This document shows positions 18,245-29,122 of a stretch of DNA of 64,000 bases, piece after piece (positions within the stretch are counted from its first letter, which is position 1; each line of letters begins with the position of its first letter). The notes beneath the pieces were generated by a model. The model had not been told where the DNA came from. It did no database searches and worked only from the letters and a program-made list of their open reading frames with translations. This stretch comes from a virus, in the IMG/VR virus record IMGVR_UViG_3300036715_000363, positions 7,717 to 71,716 of that record; one strand, written 5' to 3'. Both the position numbers and the translations under genes were made by a program.

Positions 18245-18274
18245 AAAAAAATAGGGAAATCAATCCCTATTTTT
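18245..18274 (-). terminator. intrinsic terminator
   Basis: aaaaataggga/tccctattttt. Confidence 0.7.
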
Positions 18275-18315
18275 AATTAGTTAATCCTTTTCACGCTTCT
18301 ATTTACAATTCCTAA

Positions 18316-18786
18316 TCAATGTTTAACTAATGGTAAATTACGATACCATACCTTTTTAGCTAAAGGAGTATCTGGTAGTTTAGTTACCAGAGGTAAATCT
18401 TTATACCAAACCTTTTCAGCTAAAGGTGTGTTTGGTAATATGTTAACCACTGGTATATCAAAATACATTATTTCTTTAGCTAAAGGAGTATCTGGTAATA
18501 CTTTAACTAATTGTAAATTAACGCAATATACTATATTAGCTAAAGGAGTATCTGGTAATACTTTTACCTTTGGTAAATTAACGTACTCTATTTTTTTAGC
18601 TAAGGGTGTGGATGGTAATGATTCTACTAGTGGTAGGCTAACATACGACACTTTTTCAGCTAGAGGTGTTTCTGGTAACTTAGTTACCAGAGGTAAATCA
18701 ATATACCGAATGTCCTTAGCTATAGCTGCAGCAGCTATAGCCTCATCATTAAATTCACTATATTCTACATTATCAATCTTAATCAT
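18316..18786 (-). CDS. 22-aa leucine-rich-repeat protein, paralogue 2
   Basis: MIKIDNVEYSEFNDEAIAAAAIAK plus about 6 repeats of (I/V)xYxxLPLVxxLPxTPLAxK. Confidence 0.85.
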   Translation of the reverse strand: MIKIDNVEYSEFNDEAIAAAAIAKDIRYIDLPLVTKLPETPLAEKVSYVSLPLVESLPSTPLAKKIEYVNLPKVKVLPDTPLANIVYCVNLQLVKVLPDTPLAKEIMYFDIPVVNILPNTPLAEKVWYKDLPLVTKLPDTPLAKKVWYRNLPLVKH

Positions 18787-18836
18787 TTTGAATCTCCTAA
18801 TATAAATAAAGAAATTGTACAGTAACGTTCATTAAA

Positions 18837-18844
18837 GTTATATA
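18837..18844 (-). promoter_or_regulatory. early-type promoter core TATATAAC
   Basis: conserved motif; context very similar to 57957. Confidence 0.65.
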
Positions 18845-18891
18845 TGGTTGAAAAATAAATGAAATCAAATATTTTAAATAAAGATATAAAA

Positions 18892-18924
18892 CATTACTAC
18901 TAGGTCATTGACCTAGTAGTAATG
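18892..18924 (-). terminator. hairpin/terminator ending tail operon
   Basis: cattactactaggtca/tgacctagtagtaatg. Confidence 0.7.
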
Positions 18925-18950
18925 AATTTAATTTTGTATATCTCCTTAAA

Positions 18951-19235
18951 TTAATACAAACCTTCTCCGAATACATTGCAGAATACTGTATTATCTTCTA
19001 AAGCTTCAATCTCATGCCATTCATTTTCTTTTAAAAGAATAGGTTGTGAGTCTTTATTTAAAGTATAAGTATTATTTTCTTTGCGTACTATAATACTACC
19101 ATTATGACACTGCGTAGCATGTGCATAAGCATGTTCATGTTTAGGTAAGCCTTCACCTAAATTAGCATGGAAAGTATTTATAGTAGCTCCATTAATACTA
19201 AAAGTAAATTTAGGTGCTATTAATGTTGTACTCAT
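18951..19235 (-). CDS. cupin-fold protein
   Basis: LPKHEHAYAH and WHEIEALED motifs. Confidence 0.75.
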   Translation of the reverse strand: MSTTLIAPKFTFSINGATINTFHANLGEGLPKHEHAYAHATQCHNGSIIVRKENNTYTLNKDSQPILLKENEWHEIEALEDNTVFCNVFGEGLY

Positions 19236-19486
19236 ACAGATGTTAATCCACTAGTAGTAGGTTGAGGAGCTGGTGCTGGTGGAGGAGGTGGTGGTACATA
19301 TGCAGCTATATCGCCATACATTCCAGCTACAGCATTATTAAATAGAGTTACGCCATGAGGCTCGACATCGTTTGGACTAGCGCCAAATGGAATCTCAGTA
19401 GGAAACTCTTCAAACTTTACTACTAGACTAATAAAAGTACTTTCGGCATTTATATATGCTGGCGAATGTGCTGATTGAATATTCAT
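19232..19486 (-). CDS. tail fibre assembly-like protein
   Basis: PFGASPND.EPHG..LF..A.AG.YG.IA.Y motif. Confidence 0.7.
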   Translation of the reverse strand: MNIQSAHSPAYINAESTFISLVVKFEEFPTEIPFGASPNDVEPHGVTLFNNAVAGMYGDIAAYVPPPPPPAPAPQPTTSGLTSV

Positions 19487-19509
19487 TACTATTTTCCTTT
19501 ATAAAATAA

Positions 19510-20340
19510 TTAAGCCACGCGTACAAATAAGTTAATATAAGTATATGAAGTTGATTGATTACCGCAGCAGTTGTTAGCAACAGCTGAAGCAATAACGCTA
19601 CCCATACACCTCCAAGTACCAGCTGGTAATGATATACCATTATTAACAAATGGCTGAGAAGGTATATTAGTATATAATGAATTAACAGTTAATGCATAAC
19701 CAGTAGAATTAATATATGAGGACCCAATAGCATCATAAGTAGTAGCAGCACTAGTACCATCTACACCTGCTGGACCTTGAGAGCCAGTAGCTCCTGTAGC
19801 ACCTTGAGGACCTGTAGCACCAATAGCACCTTGTGGACCTGTTGCTCCAGTAGCACCTGTAGGGCCTTGTGGACCTACAGCACCAGCAGCAGCAGTTACG
19901 CAATTAGCAAATATAATATCAGTTAAAGATGGACTTACATTCAATGTAAAGCTAGTACCGTTGGTAGCTACATAGTCAGTAGTATCTAACAGTATACCAT
20001 TTTTATATACGTCTAGATAACCAACCACGTAATTAAATGTTTTTACTGGATTTGTACTATTTATAAATTCAGCTCTATTAGTAGTACCGCCACCAGAACT
20101 ACCAGCAGCGCTAATCATGATGCTAGTAGCATCTGGATAACTAATAGATACACCTGAACCAGATACTAAATTTAATGCACCAGCTTTATTGTTTAAAGTA
20201 CTTACTACAGTAGTACCAATGGCAGATAAATCACTCTGTAGTGCGGCGTCTGCATTAGTACGATTTGTTATTTCTGTGTTTAGTTGGTCCACTGTAGCAG
20301 CATTAACTGGTATGGGTGGATTACTTAAATATCTAGACAT
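19510..20340 (-). CDS. short tail fibre with collagen-like segment
   Basis: [10 protein letters not shown] (Gly-X-Y) run; C-terminal [10 protein letters not shown] fibre tip. Confidence 0.75.
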   Translation of the reverse strand: MSRYLSNPPIPVNAATVDQLNTEITNRTNADAALQSDLSAIGTTVVSTLNNKAGALNLVSGSGVSISYPDATSIMISAAGSSGGGTTNRAEFINSTNPVKTFNYVVGYLDVYKNGILLDTTDYVATNGTSFTLNVSPSLTDIIFANCVTAAAGAVGPQGPTGATGATGPQGAIGATGPQGATGATGSQGPAGVDGTSAATTYDAIGSSYINSTGYALTVNSLYTNIPSQPFVNNGISLPAGTWRCMGSVIASAVANNCCGNQSTSYTYINLFVRVA

Positions 20341-20362
20341 ATAAATATTTCCTTAATAAAAA

Positions 20363-20473
20363 TTATGGTGAAGGTGGTAAGCCGGCTATCATAGCATCGA
20401 GAGTAGGCGTTATACCTGTACCTGTTTTAGCAGCATTAAATATGGAATACCAATAATCCCATACTCTTGACAT
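20363..20473 (-). pseudogene. 36-aa remnant of fibre-chaperone C-terminus
   Basis: MSRVWDYWYSIFNAAKTGTGITPTLDAMIAGLP resembles C-termini of 24171 and 29998 proteins. Confidence 0.4.
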
Positions 20474-20534
20474 ACAAGAATCCTTTAAAAATATCTACTA
20501 CGATATAACTGAATATATCGTAGTAGATATAAGT

Positions 20535-21035
20535 TTAATTAACTACACTAGGATCTACTAAAGGTGTTAAATCCATTCCAGGCTTAGTGATAGAATCCAT
20601 TAAGAAAAAGTTATTACGTTGAGTAACAAACCAAGCACCGAATGCAGGTAAATCAGTATCAGTAATTGGCATTGTAGTACCATTACTAAACTTCAGTACT
20701 GTATTAGTTACGCCATGTTGAGTAGCTAAAGAATATTGCATTAAGCCATTAGCATCATCACTAGTAAAACTAACTAAGTAATCATTACCATTTAAGCTAT
20801 AATTACTACCTGTGTTCATTGCTACTTTTCTATCATTGTAATCGCTAATGGCTTTAAGATTAGCATCTTCTACTATAGTTACTACATTGTTTGAAAATAC
20901 TAATTGCTCATATGTTTTAGTAACTTGTGGTATATCCCCATTATAAGGAAAATAACCATTAGCTAACATATTATCATCAGCTACTTCACCAGCTAAAGTA
21001 ACACTATTATCTGAACTAACTCTAATATAGATCAT
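20535..21035 (-). CDS. tail fibre-associated protein (DUF4376-like)
   Basis: follows fibre gene; size and helical C-terminus. Confidence 0.5.
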   Translation of the reverse strand: MIYIRVSSDNSVTLAGEVADDNMLANGYFPYNGDIPQVTKTYEQLVFSNNVVTIVEDANLKAISDYNDRKVAMNTGSNYSLNGNDYLVSFTSDDANGLMQYSLATQHGVTNTVLKFSNGTTMPITDTDLPAFGAWFVTQRNNFFLMDSITKPGMDLTPLVDPSVVN

Positions 21036-23047
21036 GTATTTCTCCGTGGTAAATTAAAGACTTGTGGTATGTTACAACTTCTATTGCTTTCACCAATCAA
21101 TGCATTGTAACCATTGTAACCCCAACCATATAGGTTACCTTTAGCAGTTAAGCATAGCAATATACGACCATTACCTGATTGACATGAATGCCCCATCATA
21201 ACTGCAGTTTCATCTAAAGGTAATAGTACTCTATGGAATGTAGTATTTCCAATTGTTCCACTACCAACAGTTACGTCATACATTTTACCAGTACCACAGT
21301 AACCTTCATTATTATAACCAGTAACCCATAAACTACCATCAGTCAATATAACGAAGGCCTGTGTTCTATATGACCACGTATGACTATTACTACCATTTGA
21401 TAATAATGTAGCCACGTTAGATAATACTTGTATTGGTGTAGGTGTATTATTAATATTACCATTACCAACTTGACCATAACTATTATGTCCCCACGCCCAT
21501 AATGTACCATCAGATTTTAACATTTGGCAAGTAACAGGGCCACCACCGAAACATGCAATATCTACTACATTAGTAGAATTTAATACAGATACTGGTATAT
21601 TAGTATTAGTAGTGCCACCATTACCTAAGCCACCCCATGTATTACATCCAGATGCTTTAACAATGTTAGTACTATTAGGTAAAGTAATCATCATTACCAA
21701 AGTAGATGAATAATTAGCGACAGTATCATAATAACCAAATCCACCACTAGCTTTAACAGATAACACACCACTAGCTACACCAGCCCACGCATTAGTAACA
21801 TCTAATCCAGTTAACTGACTAGAATTATTACCATTACCTAATTGACCATAACTATTATAACCGGCTACTTTAATTCTACCATCGCTAGTTAATACTACTA
21901 AGCACCCGAGATAATTGCCTAATACAAATACATTTTTAGGATTAGTACCCACCCACGACATTAAAGTAAATGATGTTCTATTAGTAGTATCACCTAAACC
22001 TAATTGCCCATTACCGTTATAACCGGTGCCGTATAAATAACCATCATTTTTTAATATAACAAAGAAATTAGTAGTAATATCAAATCCACCACCAACAGGT
22101 TGTTTATAAGCATCGACTACACCCACTGCTGCTAATGTAGGTAGTGGTACTACGTTAGTATGGCCTAAACCACATTCACCGTTATTATTATAACCCCAAG
22201 TATAAAGTGATCCATCATTCATTAGCGCATATGCTACACCTCTATGGAAACCACCTACTTTTTTAATACCACTGGTGTTAGGTATATTTACTTCAGCAAA
22301 ATTATTAACACCATAACCAGTATCATAACCATCAGCATTAGCATGTCTGCCAGTAGTAGTACTATCATAAGCTGTTGAATTACCAGCACTAGTATATAAT
22401 TTACCATCCATCACCATAGCCATAACGTTATGACCTGATTCAGAAAGATAAGTAATTTTAGATGGATTAATTACTTTAGTTAAATCTGATTTAAGAGCAA
22501 TTCCACCAAGGTCTGTAGCATCTACAGTAACTTTTAATTGTGTACCATCCCAACCTACTTTTACTACGTTTGGTAATTGACCAACGCCAGTACCTTGTTG
22601 CACAGGAATAAAACCTCTAACTGTATCTGCATCTAAACCAGAACCACTACCATCTAAAGATTTTACTTTAGCAAATACATCAGCAGCAGTATACACTGCG
22701 CTAGGTAGAGCGGCATTAGCAATAGTAGATACAGTAGTTAAAGATGCATTTAAAGCATTATCGCCACTGATACGATTATTAATTTCTGTGTTTAAATCTG
22801 TTTGAGAAGCATAACTAGTAGATGTAGTACCACTTGACCCAGTATTACCCAATAATGTATTTACAGCAGCGGCATCTACAGAGCTTAATATTTGTATACC
22901 AAAAGTAGTAGCGCCTAAATTTAATAAAGCACTGGTAGCAGTATTAGCACCAGTACCACCTAATGAAACTGGCGTAATTGAAGAACTACCAGTACCTGAA
23001 CTTGTTCCATTAGTACTAGTAGATTCTGAACTTAAATAACGTGGCAT
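21032..23047 (-). CDS. tail fibre/receptor-binding protein with RCC1/BLIP-II repeats
   Basis: DGSGSGLDAD fibre motif; repeated DG.LY.WGYN..GQLG.G. Confidence 0.85.
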   Translation of the reverse strand: MPRYLSSESTSTNGTSSGTGSSSITPVSLGGTGANTATSALLNLGATTFGIQILSSVDAAAVNTLLGNTGSSGTTSTSYASQTDLNTEINNRISGDNALNASLTTVSTIANAALPSAVYTAADVFAKVKSLDGSGSGLDADTVRGFIPVQQGTGVGQLPNVVKVGWDGTQLKVTVDATDLGGIALKSDLTKVINPSKITYLSESGHNVMAMVMDGKLYTSAGNSTAYDSTTTGRHANADGYDTGYGVNNFAEVNIPNTSGIKKVGGFHRGVAYALMNDGSLYTWGYNNNGECGLGHTNVVPLPTLAAVGVVDAYKQPVGGGFDITTNFFVILKNDGYLYGTGYNGNGQLGLGDTTNRTSFTLMSWVGTNPKNVFVLGNYLGCLVVLTSDGRIKVAGYNSYGQLGNGNNSSQLTGLDVTNAWAGVASGVLSVKASGGFGYYDTVANYSSTLVMMITLPNSTNIVKASGCNTWGGLGNGGTTNTNIPVSVLNSTNVVDIACFGGGPVTCQMLKSDGTLWAWGHNSYGQVGNGNINNTPTPIQVLSNVATLLSNGSNSHTWSYRTQAFVILTDGSLWVTGYNNEGYCGTGKMYDVTVGSGTIGNTTFHRVLLPLDETAVMMGHSCQSGNGRILLCLTAKGNLYGWGYNGYNALIGESNRSCNIPQVFNLPRRNT

Positions 23048-23058
23048 GTGTAAAACTC

Positions 23059-24057
23059 CTATGTTTTGTTGGATTCGATAATAAAGTAACTTGCAGAATT
23101 AATATTTAAACCTGGTTTAAATACACAACATGTATTTAATAAATCAGCAATATCATTAGCACCATATTTACCTAAGGATATAATATCTGTCGTGGCTACC
23201 ATAAATCCAGTTGGTGAACCTTTACGCAGAGATATAGTAAATGTTTTGTTAGTTAATATAGCTGCATCGAATACTGTCTTTACTTTAAATGTAGCTGTAT
23301 TCTTTTTAATTAATACAGGTGCATTTAATATTAAAAAGTCAGCATCAGTAGTATCTATGTGGTCTATTGCCCAATAATAAGTATTATCACCAATTAAGTT
23401 AGTAGCATCTATAGTTACATCAATACTAGAGCCGCTAGATAAAAAATCACTACTAGGTATTAGTTTAAATCTTTTAATAGCATACTCTTGTATTTCTGTA
23501 ACTACCCAATCTGATAAAGCTTCAAATGCAGGAACGTCTGTAAGAATAATAGCATTACGAACACGTTCTAAAGCAGTGACTACAGATTGGAAACCATATA
23601 CATCAGATAATAAATGATTATGTAAAGATGGGTTATATTCTAAAGGTTTGTTTAAAATACTCATCCAGTCTACTGGACGCTGATCCATCATTACTGTCTC
23701 GTATAGATTTATTATACCAGTAGCATCATTCTGATAATATCCACCTAATACCTGATAATTAATTCTAACTGTAGGAGATACAGTTTGATTCAGTATTAGT
23801 ATTACTGTGCATATTTCTTTACCATATAACAATGTAGCATCTTGTAATAATTCCACACACTGATAATCAGTACCACGTGTTAAAATATTATTTGTTTGCG
23901 CGTCGTAGACTTGTAAAGATTCTGTAAAAAAAGCGCCATACTGAGGTGCTACACCTCTAATTTGATTAGTAGATAGAGTAGCTACTTCTCCAAAGACTAA
24001 ATTATCAGGATTCAAACCTGTAGGGTCTAGCCCATATCTGTATATTGTTGTACTCAT
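23059..24057 (-). CDS. phiKZ-like tail/baseplate structural protein
   Basis: LDPTGLNPDNL, YQVLGG, W..I.NKP.EY.PS.H.H motifs typical of jumbo-phage tail proteins. Confidence 0.65.
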   Translation of the reverse strand: MSTTIYRYGLDPTGLNPDNLVFGEVATLSTNQIRGVAPQYGAFFTESLQVYDAQTNNILTRGTDYQCVELLQDATLLYGKEICTVILILNQTVSPTVRINYQVLGGYYQNDATGIINLYETVMMDQRPVDWMSILNKPLEYNPSLHNHLLSDVYGFQSVVTALERVRNAIILTDVPAFEALSDWVVTEIQEYAIKRFKLIPSSDFLSSGSSIDVTIDATNLIGDNTYYWAIDHIDTTDADFLILNAPVLIKKNTATFKVKTVFDAAILTNKTFTISLRKGSPTGFMVATTDIISLGKYGANDIADLLNTCCVFKPGLNINSASYFIIESNKT

Positions 24058-24170
24058 ACCAGCCCTTCATTATTTATGTTTAATAACATCAATACTCATT
24101 ATCAAAAGATTACTAGTTAAACATTATATATACAGTATTTAGTGACTAGCCGAAGCTAGTCACTAAATAT

Positions 24171-24551
24171 TTAACTAACTACAAAACTATCAAATGTAGG
24201 AGCTTGATTAATTACATCTGTGATATTGTCTGGAATGGGTTTAGTACCAGCAACAACTTCATCTTCATAATCTTCAAAATATGCCCACATAGCGCCACGC
24301 CATGCAGTAAACTGCATACTAAGTTTTTGATATCTATTAGCATAACCAGCATAACCACACGCAGTATCTATATTATCAAATCCATTAGCTAGAGCAGTAT
24401 CTGATAATATTTTACGTACAATTGTTTTACCTTCAGCAATTTTAGCTAAGATATTGACATTTTTAAATGCATCAGTATCTACAGAAACTTTTACTTTTTT
24501 CTTAAGTAAACCTGTACCAACCATTTGAAACATATCTTTCATATTTGCCAT
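24171..24551 (-). CDS. tail fibre assembly-like protein
   Basis: A..GFDNI.TA..YA...WR..MW motif, shared with 29998. Confidence 0.6.
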   Translation of the reverse strand: MANMKDMFQMVGTGLLKKKVKVSVDTDAFKNVNILAKIAEGKTIVRKILSDTALANGFDNIDTACGYAGYANRYQKLSMQFTAWRGAMWAYFEDYEDEVVAGTKPIPDNITDVINQAPTFDSFVVS

Positions 24552-24572
24552 TTATTTACCTCTGTATTAATA

Positions 24573-25262
24573 TTAACTATTTTCTAATAAAAGTTTACTC
24601 TCATTATTATTACCTAATAATAAATTTAGGTCTGGCAATTGAAATTGTTTACTAATAGTTATTTTTACTAATTCAGTAGCTGCCTGAATACCTAATTTTT
24701 GATCACCACTTCTAGATTGATTTATTAGACTTTCTAAAGTAGCTATTGCTGGTATAATACGCGTAGCATATTCAGGATGCATACGCATAGTACCAAAATG
24801 GTCAGCAGGTATTGAGCCTTGACTAATCATATAATTTTCAGCTCTGGTAATTAACTCTAATAACCATTCTTCCTGTTGTGCTGCTTCATGAGCTTCTGGT
24901 AAAGATAAGTCTTTAAATTTACGTAGTGGTTCTAACTTAACCATACACTCTTCAATGAAAGTGCGCTCTGCAATAGCTGCATCAATATTTTTTTGAACAG
25001 TTAAAGCCATGGCATCTATCTCGACGATATCTGCTTGACCTTCTAATTGATCTACTTCATCACTACTATCAATTAATCGTTGAGCTTTAATACGTTGAGC
25101 TTTTTCACGTAGTTTAGAAGCTTCAAACATTTTAATAGAATTATCACGTTCTTCATGTAAATCACAAAGAATAGCATAGGCAGCATCTGGTGTATGACAG
25201 GCACCTGCGATAAAATAAGCTATTTGAAAATTATGGTTTTTTCTATTATTTGATGAATTCAT
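24573..25262 (-). CDS. coiled-coil hypothetical protein
   Basis: 229-aa helical ORF. Confidence 0.65.
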   Translation of the reverse strand: MNSSNNRKNHNFQIAYFIAGACHTPDAAYAILCDLHEERDNSIKMFEASKLREKAQRIKAQRLIDSSDEVDQLEGQADIVEIDAMALTVQKNIDAAIAERTFIEECMVKLEPLRKFKDLSLPEAHEAAQQEEWLLELITRAENYMISQGSIPADHFGTMRMHPEYATRIIPAIATLESLINQSRSGDQKLGIQAATELVKITISKQFQLPDLNLLLGNNNESKLLLENS

Positions 25263-25376
25263 TTTACTATCCTTTTTAAATAAGTTAGATTACACATAAT
25301 AGATAAGGATAGTAAATAATTAATATTTAATTAGAATCCACATAAAAACATTTTAATTCCTTAAAAGAACTATTTA

Positions 25377-25913
25377 TCATGGAGTAGATAACCAAGTAAC
25401 TGCATCGACATCTGCTACCGTTGTAAGTGTTAATAAATAATTACGCTTAGTATTAAATGCTAAAAGCTTAGTAGACTTATAAGCAGAACCATCAGCTAGC
25501 ACTTGTCTAAATTGACCATAACTATGCACTATATAAGTCTTAGGTTGTATTACACCATTTACAACTGGCCTAACAGCATAAACGTTTGAATAACCACTAG
25601 GTGCAGATGGTGTAGGTGCTGTAGCTGATACTGCACCAATTAAATTAAGCTGGTCTACCTCAGTGCTATCATACATGTTAGGAGAACCTAAAGCGCTACT
25701 AACAAATCCAGCCATAATATCTGCTTGACATGCTGCACTTAATTCACTTAACTTATCATTTACTAATTGCATAAAAATAATAGCATCTAGGTCAGCCTGT
25801 AATGGTAATGGATCACCACCTAACCAATTTAAATCATTGTAGTTAAATGTATCACCATAACAATCCACCATTACGGTAGGGTAGTTCGCACTAATACAAT
25901 CTAAATAATTCAT
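25377..25913 (-). CDS. DUF4376-like tail fibre-associated protein
   Basis: I.AGF.SSALG...YDS...DQLNL.G; ends V.AVTW. Confidence 0.7.
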   Translation of the reverse strand: MNYLDCISANYPTVMVDCYGDTFNYNDLNWLGGDPLPLQADLDAIIFMQLVNDKLSELSAACQADIMAGFVSSALGSPNMYDSTEVDQLNLIGAVSATAPTPSAPSGYSNVYAVRPVVNGVIQPKTYIVHSYGQFRQVLADGSAYKSTKLLAFNTKRNYLLTLTTVADVDAVTWLSTP

Positions 25914-26417
25914 TTAAATTTCCTCCGTAACACTAAAACTAGATTTATTTACACCACCCATATTACCAGCTGCGCTCCTATTCACATACCAAGTACCAGC
26001 AGTAGCACCTACTCTAACAGAATAAGTAATTGAACTTAGAGATGTCGTAGTATCATCTATTATAATTGCTACAGAACTACCAACACCTACTGTAGAATAG
26101 CCTATTAATGTTGAATTTTTAAATACTGCTACAGTCATTTTAGCAGTAGTAGTACTATTGTCAACAAAACAAGCAAACTCAATTGACATATTAGATCCAA
26201 CTACATCAGGCGTAACTGTTAAAGAGCTTAATTGTGTACCAGCAGTAACTAAAGGAGCTGTACTACCAACAGCTATAACAGTCGTACCTGACACTTGTGA
26301 AACACTACCACGAGATTTTTTACCTACTCCACCAAATGCTAATGGAATAACATCACCAGACTGAGCATTTTGTACTAGACCTAATGTATTTAATTTTAAA
26401 GGTGTGATTGAAGTCAT
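25914..26417 (-). CDS. tail fibre tip/structural protein
   Basis: beta-rich S/T/G composition in fibre cluster. Confidence 0.55.
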   Translation of the reverse strand: MTSITPLKLNTLGLVQNAQSGDVIPLAFGGVGKKSRGSVSQVSGTTVIAVGSTAPLVTAGTQLSSLTVTPDVVGSNMSIEFACFVDNSTTTAKMTVAVFKNSTLIGYSTVGVGSSVAIIIDDTTTSLSSITYSVRVGATAGTWYVNRSAAGNMGGVNKSSFSVTEEI

Positions 26418-26472
26418 TATTCCCTCATATCAAAAAATGTACACCCTAAATAAATTAGGGTGTACTAATTAA

Positions 26473-28503
26473 TTATAATTGTATTCTAGGTGTAATACGT
26501 ATCAACATAGTAGTAGAACTAATAGCTTCACCAACTGACGCAATATAACCAGATGAAGGTACAGTAGAAGTTAACATACCAGCCGTAGTATTATTTACAA
26601 AATAAATAGCACCTACAGTTAAACCACCACTTTGTCCAGTAACAGTATCCCATTGAGCAGTAGTTTGTGTTAATAAGTCAGCTGTCTTAATAATACCAAC
26701 AGCACCAGACGCAACAGCGGCAGTATTTAATCCAGTTATTAATGATTGTGCTGCGGCATTAGCTATACCCATCTTAAATGTATTACCGCCGGATATATAT
26801 ACCGGAGCACCAGGATTAACTGAACCAGCTTCACCGTTAGTTAATGATGCAGCATTAGCAGTAGATGTAGAACCAGCAGTAACACGGCCATATGTGTCTA
26901 CAGTTACTGATTGATAAGTACCAGGAGCTACAATACCTGAAGCTAAATCTAAAGTTGGATTACCAGCTACGCCATCTGGATTAGTAATAGTCAATCTAGG
27001 TTGTACAGCTAGAGTACGTTGAGCCCATGTATTAGCAGCAGTTCTAACAGCAAAGCCAGTACCTGCTAAAGCTAATATAGCAGCTAAGTCACCAGTTAAA
27101 CCAAACGTAGGATTACCTGCAACACCGTCTGGATTAGTAATTGATATACCAGCACTAGGAGCAACTAAAGTACGTGCAACATATGTTCCAGCAGCAGTAC
27201 GTGTAATCGTGCCATTAGTAGCTACAGCAGCTAAACCTGTGAGTTCTGGAGATACTGGTTGTGCACCAATATCAGAAGGAGTAGCAGTAGTACCAGCAGT
27301 AACTCTACCATAAGTATCTACTGTTAGCTTTGTGTATGTACCAGCTGTAACTATACCAGTAGCTAAGTCTAAAGAACCTGCGTTATAACTAAATCTAGCT
27401 GTAGTATTTAATGATAATTGATTACCTGTTTTAGTTAAACCATTACCAACAGTAACATCACCTAAACCATTAGTCTGTGTAAATGCTAAGTTAGTAGTAC
27501 CTAAAGTATAAGGACCTGACGTAGTTAAACTCCAAGTAGAATTACTAAAGCTCGCACCATTAGTAACATAGAAAGTAGCACCAGCAACTATCTCAGCACT
27601 ATTATTCCAATCAGTAGGTAAAGTTAATGCAGCCGAAGAACCATTAAATATATAAGGGCCGTTCTGAGCAGCATTAGTTTGACCAGTTAATAAAATACGG
27701 TCACCAGCTGAAGCTACGACACCATCAAAAGTAGATGTACCTGGGTTAGCTATATTAATATTAGTAGATGCTAAATATTTAACTGATGGTTTAGGTACTA
27801 AGCCAGCAGCAATAGCGTCGGCATATTGTTTTGTAACTGGGTGTAAAGCTTGCGTAGGATCAGCAAATAACGTAATGTTACCTGTCATTGTTCCGCCGGA
27901 TAGCGACAGATATACTGAATTTAATAATGGAGTTAAATCTCCAGCAACAACAGCAGAACTATTTGTAACACGACCATAAGCATCTTGTGTTGTTTTTTGT
28001 AATGTGCCGCCACCGCCATTTGTTACTGTAGCTAAGTCAAATGTAGGGTTACCTGCTACGCCATCTGGGTTAGTAATAGTAACACGTGCAGACGCTGTTA
28101 AAGAACGCTGTACCCATGTATTAGAAGCGCTACGCACAGCAATACCAGTTCCAGATAAACCTTCTAATGCAGCTAAGTCACTATTCAAACTAAAAGTAGG
28201 ATCTCCAGCAATACCATCAGAGTTAGTAATAGTAATACCAGCAGCAGGTTGTATTAGGTTACGAGCAGCATAAGTATTTACACCAGTACGTACTAAGTAA
28301 CCAGTAGTGTTTAAAGCTTGTATAGCGTCTAGTGACGCACCCCAAGCTTGAACAGCTACGCCGATACCTAATCCTAAGTTAGTACGTGCTGTAGCAGTGT
28401 CTACAGCACCAGTACCACCCATTGTAATATCAATAAAGTCACCAGTCTGCAATAGTTGAAATGCACCTGTTGAATCTATGACTAAGGGTTTTTTAATTGC
28501 CAT
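26473..28503 (-). CDS. long tail fibre protein
   Basis: repeated ITNPDGVAGNPT and VDTYGRVTAG motifs, TKQYAD. Confidence 0.8.
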   Translation of the reverse strand: MAIKKPLVIDSTGAFQLLQTGDFIDITMGGTGAVDTATARTNLGLGIGVAVQAWGASLDAIQALNTTGYLVRTGVNTYAARNLIQPAAGITITNSDGIAGDPTFSLNSDLAALEGLSGTGIAVRSASNTWVQRSLTASARVTITNPDGVAGNPTFDLATVTNGGGGTLQKTTQDAYGRVTNSSAVVAGDLTPLLNSVYLSLSGGTMTGNITLFADPTQALHPVTKQYADAIAAGLVPKPSVKYLASTNINIANPGTSTFDGVVASAGDRILLTGQTNAAQNGPYIFNGSSAALTLPTDWNNSAEIVAGATFYVTNGASFSNSTWSLTTSGPYTLGTTNLAFTQTNGLGDVTVGNGLTKTGNQLSLNTTARFSYNAGSLDLATGIVTAGTYTKLTVDTYGRVTAGTTATPSDIGAQPVSPELTGLAAVATNGTITRTAAGTYVARTLVAPSAGISITNPDGVAGNPTFGLTGDLAAILALAGTGFAVRTAANTWAQRTLAVQPRLTITNPDGVAGNPTLDLASGIVAPGTYQSVTVDTYGRVTAGSTSTANAASLTNGEAGSVNPGAPVYISGGNTFKMGIANAAAQSLITGLNTAAVASGAVGIIKTADLLTQTTAQWDTVTGQSGGLTVGAIYFVNNTTAGMLTSTVPSSGYIASVGEAISSTTMLIRITPRIQL

Positions 28504-28519
28504 GTTATTTTACCTCTTT

Positions 28520-29122
28520 CTATATTGTAATTGGTTGTTCAATTTTAATGATAAGCTCTGTTGTTGAAATAGCTCTACCAACCTGACATATAAACTGACC
28601 TATATCAGTAGGTACATTTATAGTTAATAGTCCGGTATTAATATCTAAAAAATATTTTTTATTAGGAACTAAACCACCAACCATACTAGTAACAGCATCC
28701 CACTGTTGAGTAGTACCAGTTAGCTTACCTGAAAATAATATATTACCTAAACCACCTCCGCTTAGGATAGAATTAGAAGATATAATACCAATTAAATCTT
28801 TTTTATCAATATTAGTCGCTACTGCTAAATCAACACTAGCACCTGCTAAACTATATACTGGTTGTCCAAATATAAAATTATTTGTTGTATTATTTATTAT
28901 TGTTGCTTGTGGGGTAGTATTTAACTGAGTTTGCACTGCAGCAGTAATTTCTGCAACAGTCTCAGTATTGACGGCATTAATAGTATCGGTGATTATCTGA
29001 TTTAATGCTGCCGGATCTATATTAGTTCCATCAATAGCGCTTGTTATATTTACTGTACCATTACCAGATATATTAGAATTAGGTGTTGTTACGATTCTAT
29101 GAGTTACGTTTCCTTGACTCAT
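28520..29122 (-). CDS. fibre-related structural protein
   Basis: C-terminus (QWDAVT..GGL..G.AIS.T...I.I) paralogous to the C-terminus of 26473..28503. Confidence 0.6.
   Translation of the reverse strand: MSQGNVTHRIVTTPNSNISGNGTVNITSAIDGTNIDPAALNQIITDTINAVNTETVAEITAAVQTQLNTTPQATIINNTTNNFIFGQPVYSLAGASVDLAVATNIDKKDLIGIISSNSILSGGGLGNILFSGKLTGTTQQWDAVTSMVGGLVPNKKYFLDINTGLLTINVPTDIGQFICQVGRAISTTELIIKIEQPITI

Noticed and set aside
18693-18707. Possible self-target: gtaaatcaatatacc resembles unit 1 (GTAAATCAA + attaatacc)
   Set aside because: Second half matches only with a gap; single 9-mers occur by chance in AT-rich DNA. No complete target found by eye, but the search was not exhaustive
19766-19880. 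Short-period repeats in the 19510 gene
   Set aside because: Collagen-like Gly-X-Y coding sequence
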